The notes beneath the pieces were generated by a model. The model was not told the DNA's origin. It made no database searches and saw nothing but the letters and a program-made list of their open reading frames with translations. Below are positions 29,705-40,702 of a stretch of DNA of 64,000 nucleotides, piece after piece (position 1 is the first letter of the stretch; every line of letters begins with the position of its first letter). The stretch is from a virus, in IMG/VR virus record IMGVR_UViG_3300033142_001406, positions 4,138-68,137 of that record; one strand, 5' to 3'. The translations under genes were made by a program, and so were the position numbers.

Positions 29705-30277
29705 ATGTTCGGATCAAGCGGAAGCAGCGGCAACGACTACGTACCAGAAACCACCGCAACAGACACCACCAACGCTATCTCGCGGGAACTTTGGGAGTCT
29801 TATCTGGAGTGGGGCGCACCGATAGATCTAAAGACTTTAGACGACTTAAACAATCCAGAAATTAAACAAGGGCAAGTGGAAACAGCCGGGGATCTGGCAC
29901 GGGAGTCCTACCAGACTTCCCGCGAATCTTACGAGCGGGGGCTGGACAGATATCACTCACCGCTCCAGACCGGGGAGGAATCGGACGCACTCAATAAGGC
30001 CTTCGACCGGGATTCAGTTATAAGCGAGGTGGACGCGGAGAACCGCGCCGCCAGAGCCTACGAGGACACTGCTCTATCCCAGAAACAAGGGTTAGTAAAC
30101 TCTGCCCAAGGCCACCGAGCAGACGTTCAGAACACCTTAAGCGCTTGGACTCAGTATGAGAATAAGACAAACTCTATCAACGCAAACGACGACGCAAACG
30201 ACGCAAGAGATAGATCCCAACTCTGGGGTACTGGGTTGTCTCTTATCGGCAATATCGCCAGTTCTTTTATCAAATAA
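29705..30277 (+). CDS. Putative internal virion protein
   Basis: Helical protein ending WGTGLSLIGNIASSF. Confidence 0.55.
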   Translation: MFGSSGSSGNDYVPETTATDTTNAISRELWESYLEWGAPIDLKTLDDLNNPEIKQGQVETAGDLARESYQTSRESYERGLDRYHSPLQTGEESDALNKAFDRDSVISEVDAENRAARAYEDTALSQKQGLVNSAQGHRADVQNTLSAWTQYENKTNSINANDDANDARDRSQLWGTGLSLIGNIASSFIK

Positions 30278-30283
30278 AAAGAG

Positions 30284-30694
30284 GTGTTTAGTATGAGCAA
30301 GGGACTAAAACCGCAGACAAGAAGTCAAAAACATATTGCCAGAAGCCCCTTTCAAGACGGGAAACAAGAGGCTGCAATATTGCTTCACGCTTATAGAGAT
30401 TTCAATCGGGCAAAGACAAAACAAGAAAAGGATTTATCCGCGTCGCTGTTGGCTTTGCGGATGAACGAAACTCCTTATTATCAATCACAATTTGGAATAG
30501 GTGGAGACTCTGGCCGGAAGGTTATCGGCTTCTCAAACGTCCCGACTAAAGGGGGACCATCCTTCACGCCGATAATTCGTAACAGTAAAACCGGAACCAC
30601 CGGGCCGATGACGAAGAACGCCAGTAACGATCCGCAAGACGAGGTGCTTCACCTCTCAATAGATCAATTAACTCAGTACGTTAGAGGGGCTTAA
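30284..30694 (+). CDS. Hypothetical protein
   Basis: 136 aa, GPMTKNASNDPQDEV. Confidence 0.55.
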   Translation: MFSMSKGLKPQTRSQKHIARSPFQDGKQEAAILLHAYRDFNRAKTKQEKDLSASLLALRMNETPYYQSQFGIGGDSGRKVIGFSNVPTKGGPSFTPIIRNSKTGTTGPMTKNASNDPQDEVLHLSIDQLTQYVRGA

Positions 30695-30695
30695 T

Positions 30696-31832
30696 ATGGG
30701 AAGATACAGCGGGTTAAACGCCTTCGCTGAAGGTATGGTTACTGGTAATCTGTTTTACGGGGGGTTGGTCGACCGGATTGAAGACCGAAGGCAACGAGAA
30801 CTTGAAAACAAAAGAACAAAGGAAGACAGAGCTATAGCCGCAAAAGAGCGTGACCGCAAACACTCTTGGGAAGATATTTCTCACGCGGAAACAATAAAGG
30901 GCTACGGCGAGAACGACAAGATCCGAGCAGAAAACGCCGAAATAAGAAAGTATAACGATTGGGACCGGAAAAATAAACAAGATAACTATAAAGAGAATCG
31001 GAGCTGGGAGAGGACTAAGTTTAATAACAGTCAAACCTTATTCAAAGATACGCTTGAACAGAACGACATCACCAGAAATCTCACCAATACCAATCTCGGT
31101 ATAGCCAATATCAATTTAAAACAGAAAAAACAAGAGCAGGCCCAGCAAAGATATCTTACCTACAACGGAAAGCCTTATAAAGTCGAATACGTTGAAGATA
31201 TATACGATAATAAATACCCAGAACCAAACCCAGCACTCCTTAAAGTGCTGATCGAAGCAGGTCGGACCACTGAAGCAAATAAGATGCTCGAAGACTACAA
31301 AAACTTCAAAAATAAACCCACCAAGGATGAGTTCAAAAATATGTTCGAGTTGTATGGCTTTCCGCGTACGTGGGAACCGACCCAGCTTGAAATATATAGA
31401 AAAAAAGTCGGCGGTGACAAATCCCCACCACCAGATTTTTCGAAGTATCAGATAGGGCGAAGTGGTGCAACGACTGCGGGACGTAGTGGTGTAATAAAAG
31501 GTTTAGGTATTACTGAAAAGGGCGTTAAAGTAGGTTCTTCGGCAAAGGAATTGGGAATTACAAAAAAGGATATAATTGGGGAATTTAAGATGGGTAGGTG
31601 CGCCTTTGTCCGGGGTTATTACTATATCGAAAAATTCAGAGAGGAGCTTGTCGAGGAAACGCCCTACAACCGGGCGCACACCGAAAAAGTGCCTTATTGG
31701 GTAAAGGCAACAAAATCCGAATTGAATAAACTTGACAAGGAAAGCCGCGAAAGCAACGCCGAGACAAAAAAGAAAAGAGAGAGTAATCGTAAAATATTTG
31801 ACGCTTTAAAAGAAATTGGGGGGGAAATCTAA
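30696..31832 (+). CDS. Putative internal virion protein
   Basis: AFAEGMVTG N-terminus followed by a charged coiled coil. Confidence 0.55.
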   Translation: MGRYSGLNAFAEGMVTGNLFYGGLVDRIEDRRQRELENKRTKEDRAIAAKERDRKHSWEDISHAETIKGYGENDKIRAENAEIRKYNDWDRKNKQDNYKENRSWERTKFNNSQTLFKDTLEQNDITRNLTNTNLGIANINLKQKKQEQAQQRYLTYNGKPYKVEYVEDIYDNKYPEPNPALLKVLIEAGRTTEANKMLEDYKNFKNKPTKDEFKNMFELYGFPRTWEPTQLEIYRKKVGGDKSPPPDFSKYQIGRSGATTAGRSGVIKGLGITEKGVKVGSSAKELGITKKDIIGEFKMGRCAFVRGYYYIEKFREELVEETPYNRAHTEKVPYWVKATKSELNKLDKESRESNAETKKKRESNRKIFDALKEIGGEI

Positions 31833-31838
31833 AATAAA

Positions 31839-34800
31839 ATGGATCAAAAAGACCTTATAATCAATCTGGCCCGCCGTAATAATTTCGACCTTGAAAGAGC
31901 ACTTAACGACGGGCACTCTTACGAGGATATTTTAGCGTATTTGCAAGAAGAATCGGGAGTTACCGGAGAAAGGCCAGAAGGAGATCCCGGTTTTATCGGC
32001 GGCGTAAAGGACTTCGGACTCGGTATCGCCAGAGGCGCTCTTGTCTCTCTACCGCAAAAAGTGGGACAGACATTCCAGCGTTGGGATGACGAAGGTGGGG
32101 ATGACACTCTCCGAGATTTAGGAATCTCGCTTGAAGAAACTGGAGACGAGAATCTCCAAGAACAACCTTGGCTTCAAGAGTCCCGACTGTCTATAGAAAA
32201 ACGGCAAGAATCCCCTTGGAATATACGAGGCTGGGGTTACTCAGCCGGGGACAGTCTTATTACCTCACTCGCCCCGGCAGCGGTGGGTGCGGCGGCGGTA
32301 GTCGCGGGGGCACCCGCAGCGGTGGGGGTTGGTATCGGTGTTGTAACGGTCGGTGCTTTATTCTACGGATCGGAAGCAGAACAAACCTACAGACGTGCCC
32401 TCCCAGAACTCGGGCACGAAGAAGCGTTAGAATTGTCCAGACTAACCGGACTGATAGAAGCCGGGGGAGAGATCGTTGCCGACCTTATCCCGCTCTGGTT
32501 TTTTAAAGCACTTCCCAGTCCCGCCAGAAAGAATATCCTCAAAGCCCTTACCTCAAAAAAAGGTGTCCGGGGGATTATTTGGGATATTATTAAAGTTGAG
32601 GCCCTTGAAGTCAGCACTGAAATAGGGCAGTCTACAGCGCAAGGATTAGCCGAAGAAAGATTCGGTATGGGGGACCAGCCGCTACTTGATAACGCTTTAG
32701 CCGTTATCGGTCCGACCCTAATTGTCGGCGGTCTGTATGGTACAGCCGGATCTGTCGGCGGTAACGCCCGACGTAGCTGGATGGTGGAAACTCTTAAAGA
32801 TCCCAAAGCTCCGATAGAAGATAAACGGAAGATTATAGCGGAGATAACCGAAGCAGTTACGAAGAAAGACGCGGAGCTGGGTGCTGCTTTTTCGAAGCAA
32901 GCAACCGCCCTTGCCGAAGCTAAGAAGCCCGTTCTGATTGGGGAGGATAGTAAGTACGAAAGTAAGAAAGAAACTAAGCAAGAGAGTAAGAAAGAAAGAG
33001 AGATAGTAAGTAAGCCAGAGGCAGAGATAGAAAGAGAGACGGACGTTCAGAGAGGGGCGTTAGATACTAATTTTATTGCAGATCCTAACGATAGTCTCCA
33101 AGTCCAAAATCAAAAAAGAATACGCGGGATAGTTGGACCGGAGGCAAAGGGGAGCACCACTTTTGAAGATACGTTAAGCGACGGTTCTGAAAGACCCGGA
33201 GTAACCCCCTCCCAATTCAACAAGGGATTATCAGAAGAGGTTCTGAAAAACCACTTTGAGGCTGTTGGAAAACAGAAAGAGGGTGAGGCATCCCGAAATC
33301 AAAGTATGCTTATAAAGCGTTTTAATTATACGCTTAACCGCTTTAAGCAGCTTGTAAAGTATAAAGATACTTACGCTTATTCTCTCCAAGAAATCGGGGA
33401 TCAATACGAGCAAGCACTCCAAAGTACCAATTTAAGAGATCTTTCTTCAACAAGGGATCTGTTCACCCGACTACAATCCCAAGAACAAAAAATAACTGAG
33501 GTTGACCAGCAACTTATCAAAGCTGCTGAAGACCTCCTCTCCCTTGGGGGCGAGACTAAATCAGTTGACCAGCAGACTTTAGCCCGTATTCAAAAAGAGA
33601 TAAATCCAGAGACTTTAAAGCAACAAGCCGAACGAAGACAACAGCTTATCAACGACGCGCAAGAGCGTGGAAACAAAGTTCTTCAAGAAGCTGAATACAA
33701 AAACTCCCCGGAGTACGCAAAGGAAGTTGACAAAGAAAGACAACAGCAAGAAGCGGATCAGATTAAAAAAAGACAAGCCGAAACCAAACAAGCCGCCGAA
33801 GCTAAAAAGAAGAAAGACGAGCATACCAAAGCTATAGACGACCTTTACGAGAAAACCAAGAAGAGACTCTCCGAGTCTCCCGTATTTTTAAGAAACGAAG
33901 ATCTGTCCAAGCAGATCCTAAACGCTATTCACACCGAGCGGTTGGGAGCTGCCGAAATTGAGCGTGTTATCCGGCAAGCAGAGTTAAATCGTCTGGAAGA
34001 GAGTGGAACTCTCCAGAGTATCACCGAGATGATAGAGGACAAACAATCACCCGGCAAAAAAGACAAAGGCGCAATAGCGCGGGGTGTTGTCCAGCAAGAC
34101 AAAGACAAGGCCCAAGCAGCCAAAACAAGGGCTGCTGACAAAAAGACCCAAGAAAAAGCAGACGAGGTAACGGAACAAGAACGCCTTGGAGCTGCTGCAA
34201 TAAAGCGCCGTGACTTAAAGGGAAGATTAAAAGATAAGTACGGTACCAAGAGGCAAAGGAAGAAGGATGTTGAAGCGGCGGTAAAAGAAAAACAAGAACA
34301 AGATCAGAAGGTTGAGGAGCTTGGAGACGAAAAGGGTAGCACTCCCAAGAAGCCGAAGAAGAAACAAACTCCTCCTCCGAAAAAGAAATCTGCCCTTCGG
34401 GTAAAGCTGGACGATAAGAAGAAAAAGAAAGAGGAGCCTAAACCAAAGCCCCCCAAGAAGAAAAAGGCTACCCCCGTTGAAAAGAAAGTTGTAACCCCAA
34501 GGGTTACACCACCGAAGAAGAAAACCGTTACTGACGCAGCTAAAAAAGAAGCAGCGGCAGAAAAGAAAAGAGAAGCCGCCGCCAAGAAATATCAGGCCAA
34601 CAAAAAGAAACGAGAAGCTGACGTTGACGAGAACAACCGCCTCGTCCAGAAGGGCAAGGAGCTGATCCCGACGATCCGGCTCGAAGATGCGCGGGAAGTC
34701 GGAGAGATGGGCGAACTTCTGGAGAAGGGAGAGATCACCCCAGACGAGTGGGACTCTTTTGTTGAGCGGATGTTCAAAGAGAACCGAGCAAAAGGTAAGA

Positions 34801-37800
34801 TTAACGAGGCTTTAGGAGACCCGAAAAGAAAGAAAGCCCCACCCAAAGACCCACACGCTAAACTGTTTAATAAGAAGAAAACAATCGAAGTTTCCGGCCA
34901 CACCTTTACCGCGCCGAAGTACAACAGCACCCAAGGGGAGTGGTACACCGAAACAGAGGGTCGTCGGTTTGTTTTAAGAAAGTCTCCCCCGGAGGATGCT
35001 ATTGCCCGTCAGTGGTTTGTTCGGGAATTTGACTCCAACAACCCCTCAACGACAAGGGGTGAACAGCTTGTCCCGGACAACACCAAAAAAGCCTCTCTCC
35101 AGTTTGTCGTTGACGAGTACCTAACTGATAAACCTAAAGATCCCACCGAAGGTGGGAACACTCCAAAAGGTAAAAGGCCGATAAAGGATGTTAAGACGAT
35201 CCTAAAAAAGAAGAAAGATTTACCAGATAAGGACAACAGATTCAAGAAGACAACAAAAGAGGAAAACTCAACCGCAGAAGGGCAGAAGGGGATGTTTGAT
35301 ATAGCCCAAGCAACTGGACCCCTCCGGGGGATGGTTGCAGCTATCGAAAAAGCCGGGGGGATTTCCCCGGTAAGTTTAAAGGAGATAGATAATATCTCTT
35401 CTGAAAAAGAGCTGGACGACCTACGTGAGACTTTGAGAGTAGCTTATAACAAATCGCTCAAAAAACCAGAGTCAAAACCTTCTAAAAAAAAGAGAAAGAA
35501 AGACGAGCGAACTTCTGAAGAGATTCTACTTAATAAAGGTATTGCGGCACTAAACAAAGTTGGTAAAGCTCAGAAAGAGGAGTTACTTGGTAAGGTTGAC
35601 GCAGAAATCAAGCTGCTTGAGACTTCGGATGTCTACTACGAAAAAGAGCTGGTAATCAGTCTCGATAATTCTCCAACCTCCTTCACCTTTTACCGGGAGA
35701 ATTTCTATAAAAAAACAAATAAAGATGGGTCCAAAGAAACAGTTAAAGTAACTATGCTTGACGCTTTAAAGGAGTTTAAAAAGAAGCTGACCGCGACCAG
35801 CTTTAACGCAGACAGCCCCTATAAAAAACCCCCAGTACAAAATACGACAAGTGTTACAGCTCATATTGAAAAACGAGCGTATAAAAAGAAAACACAAAAA
35901 CCAATACCCCCAAAGGGTAAATATATTCAACCAATATACCAAGACGGGTTTTATTCAAACAGACAATATTTAGTTAAGATGGACGACGCGCCCAGTGTGG
36001 GAAAGCTCCCGTATGCTACTGGCAAAATAAATATGGAATCTATTTTATCTACGACGGGACTTGAGGAAGTTACTCTCGGAAAAGAGTATCTTGACACCCG
36101 ACTTATTCACGATCCAGAATCTCCGATAGCTGCCCACGACGCTGAAAGCGTCATACACGTTGAATTTGAGGATGGAGATCTTAAGCACTATATATACAAG
36201 ACTACGTATATCAACGCCATCCTCACCGAGCACCCCAAAGCAACCCCAAAGCTTCACCCCCCTACCGGGATGCTGAAGTTTTTTGACGGGTCTGAAGAGA
36301 TTGTCGGAATTACGATGCCCGTTGGGAATAATCTTAAGGTCGGTAGTACAACGGGCCTAATACCAGCAATAAAGGAGGAGCTGGGTATAGATCCTACTGA
36401 CCCAGCTCATATGGCAGAGTTTGATAGGATGAGGGCAACTGAGTTTAAACTTAATAAGATTTATAAGAAGACCGGAGTACGGTATCTTGCTGGACTCCCA
36501 AGAGGCACTTGGTACGATCCAGCAGGTAAAGAAATTATAGGCAAGCAAATATCTGAACTGACAAACCTTTCTCACGCAGAGGTAGAGGGTATCGAGAGTT
36601 TGGGCAAGCTCAGTATGAAACTGGGTGGGAGATCCGATAAATACAGCCCACTACAAGTCGCAGAAGCGCTCTATAACGCGGGTATGAGTGGGAACAAGGG
36701 GTTTGCAAGAATCCCCCGAAAGAAGCGCACCTTTATTACCAACGGGGATGACGTGTTTGAAATAAGAGATTCGGGGTGGGGGAATCCTCTCGTATTCCCA
36801 GTGGTAAGTGCCGGACACTTTACCCTTTCCGACGAGCAGATATTAAGTATTCAAACCGAGTATAAAGAAAAAGACCAGCAGACCTTTACAATACCAGATA
36901 ACCCCGACGTTTCCTTTACAACTGGTCAAAAAACAAATCAGAACCCGATTTCAGAAACCCAAATAAAACAAGCCTTTAAGGGCCAATCTGTCATATTGAC
37001 GGGCAAAAAAACTTATTCAGTTCGCTTCCAGAATGGACGCGGAGCGACTATAAAAATCGTAGACCAGACCCCCGAAGGAAGTGTTCTAATCGAAGCCAAA
37101 GGCGGGGTACTTAACCGGAACGGCCAGTTGATCGCCGGAAAGCAGTACGGAACGACAATCGAGCTTGTTGAGGGTGTGGCTACCGAAGACGTGCTCACGC
37201 ACGAAATACAGCACCTTTTAGAGCGTATAGGGGTAGTAACACCCGCAGACGTTAAAGTGCTGGACAAGGCCGTAATAAGGGCGTCTAAACGTAACAAACT
37301 TGCATACGAGTTGCACTCAGACCCAAGGGAGAACCGCGCTTACTTCATCCAGCAGCTTATCAGAGAAAGAAAGGACGGTCGGGGGACCGTCACTGGGAGA
37401 GTAGTACAAAAGATAAAAGACTTCTTCTCCAAGCTGGCGAAGAGTATATTCGGTATTGAGTCTGCTAGTAATATAGCAAGAGAACTGGAGAGTGGCGAGA
37501 TTTTTAAACGAGAAGCTATAAAACAGCAAGAACTACCAATCTCCACTGAGCAACCACTTTACTCCACCGTAAACGGGTTTGACCACCTCAAGATCAAGTC
37601 AACCGCAACAAAGGCAATCCGTAATACCAATATGGGCAAGAAGTCCCTCTGGGACAATATTAAAGATACGAAAGACTTTATTCTCGGAGATATAAAGGGA
37701 AACGCGAAGAGGGGTAAGAACCACTTCGTAGAGCAATATCTCGATAGATATAAGTATCTTAAGACTGTTGTTGGTGAGCACTTAGACGAGATCGGGGTTA

Positions 37801-40400
37801 AGCTTTCCCCCGAAGAGGACCCCTATAAAGCCCGTCGTATGATCGCAGCCCTTCCTCAGATTATGGGCGGCGTGTTCCACGACGGCCTTATTCTGGAAGA
37901 GAACGGTTGGGTAGCTTACAAGAAGGAGCAGGACCCGGAAGAGGGTGAACTCCGGGGAGGAGTTCTTTCCGTCTTCGAGGCGCTGGGTGATTCAGCACCC
38001 GCGTTTAAGCTTCACTATCTCGCTAACTCAGCTCAGTTCCTTTTTGACAACAAGGAGGTGTCGATTGGTAAGAAGCTGTTTGGTGTTGATCCAGAAACTC
38101 CCGAAATCTTTAGCGATTCTGCTGGTAAGATGGTACCTAACTATCTTGATACTCAGACTGTTATTGACGAGCTGCGGGAAGCGACAAAGGAAGAGTGGGA
38201 CGCGAACAAAGACCTCTGGAAGTCGGCTGAAGATAGGCTGCAAGAGATAAACGATTCAGTACTCCAGTTCGCGGTTGATACTGGAGTGATTAAAGCAAGC
38301 TCAGTTCCCCAGTGGAAGAGGGAGTTCTATTTACCCTTCAACCGGATGGCTGAAGACTTCCTTGGGGATGCCTATAAATCAATCATTCCCCGCTCAAAGG
38401 GTAACACCGTAGGCGGTATCAAACACTTAAAAGGATCGAAGATGTCAATCGGAGATCCTATCGAGAATCTACTTACAAACTACACCTATATAGTAAACGA
38501 GGGGATAAAGAACCAAGCCAACACCAAACTCTATAAAGCTTTGGAAAAGGCTAAAATTAAAAACGATCAAGGGCAAGAAGTGAGTGTCTTTGAGGTTAGG
38601 AAAGTCGGCAAACCAGAGAATATAAGAGTTAGAGCTGGGGAGGTAAACAGAGGCTTAAACAGTTTACTCACCAGTATGGGATTTGACCCCAGCAAGCTCC
38701 CGAAGGGTACCCGAGATTTTTACGTTGATATGGTGAATATGGTGAGTCCTATCAACGAGGACGGGGTATTTTCTATTAAAGAGAAGGGAGTCTCAAAGTT
38801 TATCAAGACCAACGATCCCCACTTGTTTGAGGTATTGGCTGACGTAAATAACGAGGCTATTACAGCCAGCTTTATTAAGATGCTATCGGCCCCTAAACGT
38901 CTGTTAACACTGGGAATTACAGTGAATCCCGCCTTCAGAATTGCTAACTTACTGAGGGATGTTATCCACTCAAAGATTATCTCCCCCAACTTCAAAATAA
39001 GTGGAGTGGCGAAGGCTCTCCGGGACGTTTGGAACGAGCACCCGGAGTATCTTGAGATGAGAGGGATAGGTGGTGCTTTCAGCGGGGGCTGGCACACCCA
39101 AGATGCTGGAAAGACTATTGATTCTGTTATCAATAAGGGGAAAGGAGATAAAGGAAAGGGTGTCCTCTTAAGTATGTGGGATGCTTGGGAGAAGGTTGGA
39201 GAGGCAGCAGAGAACGCCTCCAGACTTGCTCTTTATCGGGAAAACTTAGCAGACGGTAAGTCAAAGTTTGCGTCTGCTTTCGAGTCGCGTGACTTGATGG
39301 ACTTCAGCAATCGTGGACGCGGCGCTTTGGCTCAACATCTTATTGCGCTTGTCCCCTTTCTCAACGCCCACGCTCAAGGGCAGTACAAATTTGCTCGGGC
39401 AATCAGTGAAGAGGAGACCCAAGAACACGTTATTAATACCGGGTTGCTGCTGACCGTCTTAGCATCCACTTTGTTGGCAATCAACAGAACTGGTAACGAG
39501 GATGAGTGGGAGGAGCTTGAGACCCACGAAAAGTGGCAATACCTCCACTTCTTCGGAACGGAGAAACACTACCGGGTACCGCTTCCTTTTGAAGTGGGGC
39601 TGCTGTTCGGAACGGTTATCCCGGCTACGCTGGATATGGTCTTAGACGCTAAGGACGAGCCTCTTGGCGAGGCTATCTGGGATTATACGAAGTTTCTTGG
39701 ACAAGCCTCCTTCGGTATTTCACTTGTTCCGCAAGCATTCAAACCAGCAGCCGAAGTCTACAACAACAAGAATTACTTTACTGGTAGACCTATTGTCAAC
39801 CCCAGTATGGAAAGAAAGGATGAAGTAGATCACTACGATCAGTACACCAGCGACACGTCCCGGATTGTTGCGAAGGCAATTGAGGGGCTTTCGGAAGTCT
39901 CTCCAAAGAATATAGATCACCTTGTCAACGGATATTTCGGCTTTGCCGGAAGATTTGGGCTACTGGCCCTCGACGGAATCCTCAAGCCTTTCAGTGACTT
40001 CCCGGTTGAGCCAGCCGCCAGATCGGAGCACCACTGGTTGACCGGGGTGATACTCGGGTCCGGCAGATTTCGAAGAGACAAGAACCCGAAGCATACTAAG
40101 TATGAGACTGCTTATTACGAGCTTGTAAACGAAGTAGATCAAGTTATCAACTCCCTCAACGGGTATAAGAGCAGCAGAGATTACGAGACGTATAAGAAGT
40201 ATATGAGCGAGCACCGCGAGGAGTACCTCAACCACAACAAGCTGAAATTATTTACCAAACAAATACGGAAGCTGAATACCAGAAGGAAGATTATAGCTAA
40301 GAACCAGAAGTTATCCCCGGCAGAGCGCCGGAAGCAGCTCGACGAAGTATTCAAGAAGCGAACGGAGGTATTCAAGCAAGCTCTTGAAAGGATAAGATAA
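31839..40400 (+). CDS. Large polyvalent / ejection protein (2853 aa), LPD38-like C-terminus
   Basis: N-terminal hydrophobic glycine-rich helices, Lys-rich middle, THEIQH zincin-like motif, C-terminal NPAF...NLLRD, DF...G, VPFLNA..QG, RVPLPFEVG, N.NYFTGRPIV. Confidence 0.75.
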   Translation: MDQKDLIINLARRNNFDLERALNDGHSYEDILAYLQEESGVTGERPEGDPGFIGGVKDFGLGIARGALVSLPQKVGQTFQRWDDEGGDDTLRDLGISLEETGDENLQEQPWLQESRLSIEKRQESPWNIRGWGYSAGDSLITSLAPAAVGAAAVVAGAPAAVGVGIGVVTVGALFYGSEAEQTYRRALPELGHEEALELSRLTGLIEAGGEIVADLIPLWFFKALPSPARKNILKALTSKKGVRGIIWDIIKVEALEVSTEIGQSTAQGLAEERFGMGDQPLLDNALAVIGPTLIVGGLYGTAGSVGGNARRSWMVETLKDPKAPIEDKRKIIAEITEAVTKKDAELGAAFSKQATALAEAKKPVLIGEDSKYESKKETKQESKKEREIVSKPEAEIERETDVQRGALDTNFIADPNDSLQVQNQKRIRGIVGPEAKGSTTFEDTLSDGSERPGVTPSQFNKGLSEEVLKNHFEAVGKQKEGEASRNQSMLIKRFNYTLNRFKQLVKYKDTYAYSLQEIGDQYEQALQSTNLRDLSSTRDLFTRLQSQEQKITEVDQQLIKAAEDLLSLGGETKSVDQQTLARIQKEINPETLKQQAERRQQLINDAQERGNKVLQEAEYKNSPEYAKEVDKERQQQEADQIKKRQAETKQAAEAKKKKDEHTKAIDDLYEKTKKRLSESPVFLRNEDLSKQILNAIHTERLGAAEIERVIRQAELNRLEESGTLQSITEMIEDKQSPGKKDKGAIARGVVQQDKDKAQAAKTRAADKKTQEKADEVTEQERLGAAAIKRRDLKGRLKDKYGTKRQRKKDVEAAVKEKQEQDQKVEELGDEKGSTPKKPKKKQTPPPKKKSALRVKLDDKKKKKEEPKPKPPKKKKATPVEKKVVTPRVTPPKKKTVTDAAKKEAAAEKKREAAAKKYQANKKKREADVDENNRLVQKGKELIPTIRLEDAREVGEMGELLEKGEITPDEWDSFVERMFKENRAKGKINEALGDPKRKKAPPKDPHAKLFNKKKTIEVSGHTFTAPKYNSTQGEWYTETEGRRFVLRKSPPEDAIARQWFVREFDSNNPSTTRGEQLVPDNTKKASLQFVVDEYLTDKPKDPTEGGNTPKGKRPIKDVKTILKKKKDLPDKDNRFKKTTKEENSTAEGQKGMFDIAQATGPLRGMVAAIEKAGGISPVSLKEIDNISSEKELDDLRETLRVAYNKSLKKPESKPSKKKRKKDERTSEEILLNKGIAALNKVGKAQKEELLGKVDAEIKLLETSDVYYEKELVISLDNSPTSFTFYRENFYKKTNKDGSKETVKVTMLDALKEFKKKLTATSFNADSPYKKPPVQNTTSVTAHIEKRAYKKKTQKPIPPKGKYIQPIYQDGFYSNRQYLVKMDDAPSVGKLPYATGKINMESILSTTGLEEVTLGKEYLDTRLIHDPESPIAAHDAESVIHVEFEDGDLKHYIYKTTYINAILTEHPKATPKLHPPTGMLKFFDGSEEIVGITMPVGNNLKVGSTTGLIPAIKEELGIDPTDPAHMAEFDRMRATEFKLNKIYKKTGVRYLAGLPRGTWYDPAGKEIIGKQISELTNLSHAEVEGIESLGKLSMKLGGRSDKYSPLQVAEALYNAGMSGNKGFARIPRKKRTFITNGDDVFEIRDSGWGNPLVFPVVSAGHFTLSDEQILSIQTEYKEKDQQTFTIPDNPDVSFTTGQKTNQNPISETQIKQAFKGQSVILTGKKTYSVRFQNGRGATIKIVDQTPEGSVLIEAKGGVLNRNGQLIAGKQYGTTIELVEGVATEDVLTHEIQHLLERIGVVTPADVKVLDKAVIRASKRNKLAYELHSDPRENRAYFIQQLIRERKDGRGTVTGRVVQKIKDFFSKLAKSIFGIESASNIARELESGEIFKREAIKQQELPISTEQPLYSTVNGFDHLKIKSTATKAIRNTNMGKKSLWDNIKDTKDFILGDIKGNAKRGKNHFVEQYLDRYKYLKTVVGEHLDEIGVKLSPEEDPYKARRMIAALPQIMGGVFHDGLILEENGWVAYKKEQDPEEGELRGGVLSVFEALGDSAPAFKLHYLANSAQFLFDNKEVSIGKKLFGVDPETPEIFSDSAGKMVPNYLDTQTVIDELREATKEEWDANKDLWKSAEDRLQEINDSVLQFAVDTGVIKASSVPQWKREFYLPFNRMAEDFLGDAYKSIIPRSKGNTVGGIKHLKGSKMSIGDPIENLLTNYTYIVNEGIKNQANTKLYKALEKAKIKNDQGQEVSVFEVRKVGKPENIRVRAGEVNRGLNSLLTSMGFDPSKLPKGTRDFYVDMVNMVSPINEDGVFSIKEKGVSKFIKTNDPHLFEVLADVNNEAITASFIKMLSAPKRLLTLGITVNPAFRIANLLRDVIHSKIISPNFKISGVAKALRDVWNEHPEYLEMRGIGGAFSGGWHTQDAGKTIDSVINKGKGDKGKGVLLSMWDAWEKVGEAAENASRLALYRENLADGKSKFASAFESRDLMDFSNRGRGALAQHLIALVPFLNAHAQGQYKFARAISEEETQEHVINTGLLLTVLASTLLAINRTGNEDEWEELETHEKWQYLHFFGTEKHYRVPLPFEVGLLFGTVIPATLDMVLDAKDEPLGEAIWDYTKFLGQASFGISLVPQAFKPAAEVYNNKNYFTGRPIVNPSMERKDEVDHYDQYTSDTSRIVAKAIEGLSEVSPKNIDHLVNGYFGFAGRFGLLALDGILKPFSDFPVEPAARSEHHWLTGVILGSGRFRRDKNPKHTKYETAYYELVNEVDQVINSLNGYKSSRDYETYKKYMSEHREEYLNHNKLKLFTKQIRKLNTRRKIIAKNQKLSPAERRKQLDEVFKKRTEVFKQALERIR
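32949..33014 (+). repeat. Degenerate 4-bp-periodic repeat, copy 2 (inside the CDS)
   Basis: AGTAAGTACGAAAGTAAGAAAGAAACTAAGCAAGAGAGTAAGAAAG...AGTAAGTAAG. Confidence 0.65.
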
Positions 40401-40401
40401 T

Positions 40402-40650
40402 ATGAATGATAAGGAACAAGGAGAAAAACTGATAGCGATTGAGACTAAGCTAACTACTCTGATAAAACAGTTCGACAAGATTTCAAACGGGGTGGGATTC
40501 CCCCGCTGCGTAGAGCGGGACCAGCGTATCAGACAGTTAGAAGAGAGGATGAAGGATCAGAAAATACAGAATCAGAAACTACAAGTTGGTGTTATTACTG
40601 GAATTATTATTATCGTCTTACAGTTTATATCAAGATTTATAGTATTTTAG
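40402..40650 (+). CDS. Holin-like protein (coiled coil plus C-terminal TM)
   Basis: LQVGVITGIIIIVLQFISRFIVF at the end of the virion operon. Confidence 0.5.
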   Translation: MNDKEQGEKLIAIETKLTTLIKQFDKISNGVGFPRCVERDQRIRQLEERMKDQKIQNQKLQVGVITGIIIIVLQFISRFIVF

Positions 40651-40702
40651 ACAGCAAGAAAGGCCAACCTGGAGGGCTGGGGCTGGCCCTTTTGTCTATT
40701 GC

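Noticed and set aside
16883-40375. Numerous minus-strand ORFs within the virion module (e.g. 16883-17323, 24794-25198, 28169-28882)
   Set aside because: Shadow frames opposite well-supported genes, with no SD sites or motifs
31839-40400. N4-like virion RNA polymerase, suggested by size and capsid family
   Set aside because: No single-subunit RNAP motifs recognised; the C-terminus fits LPD38-type polyvalent proteins
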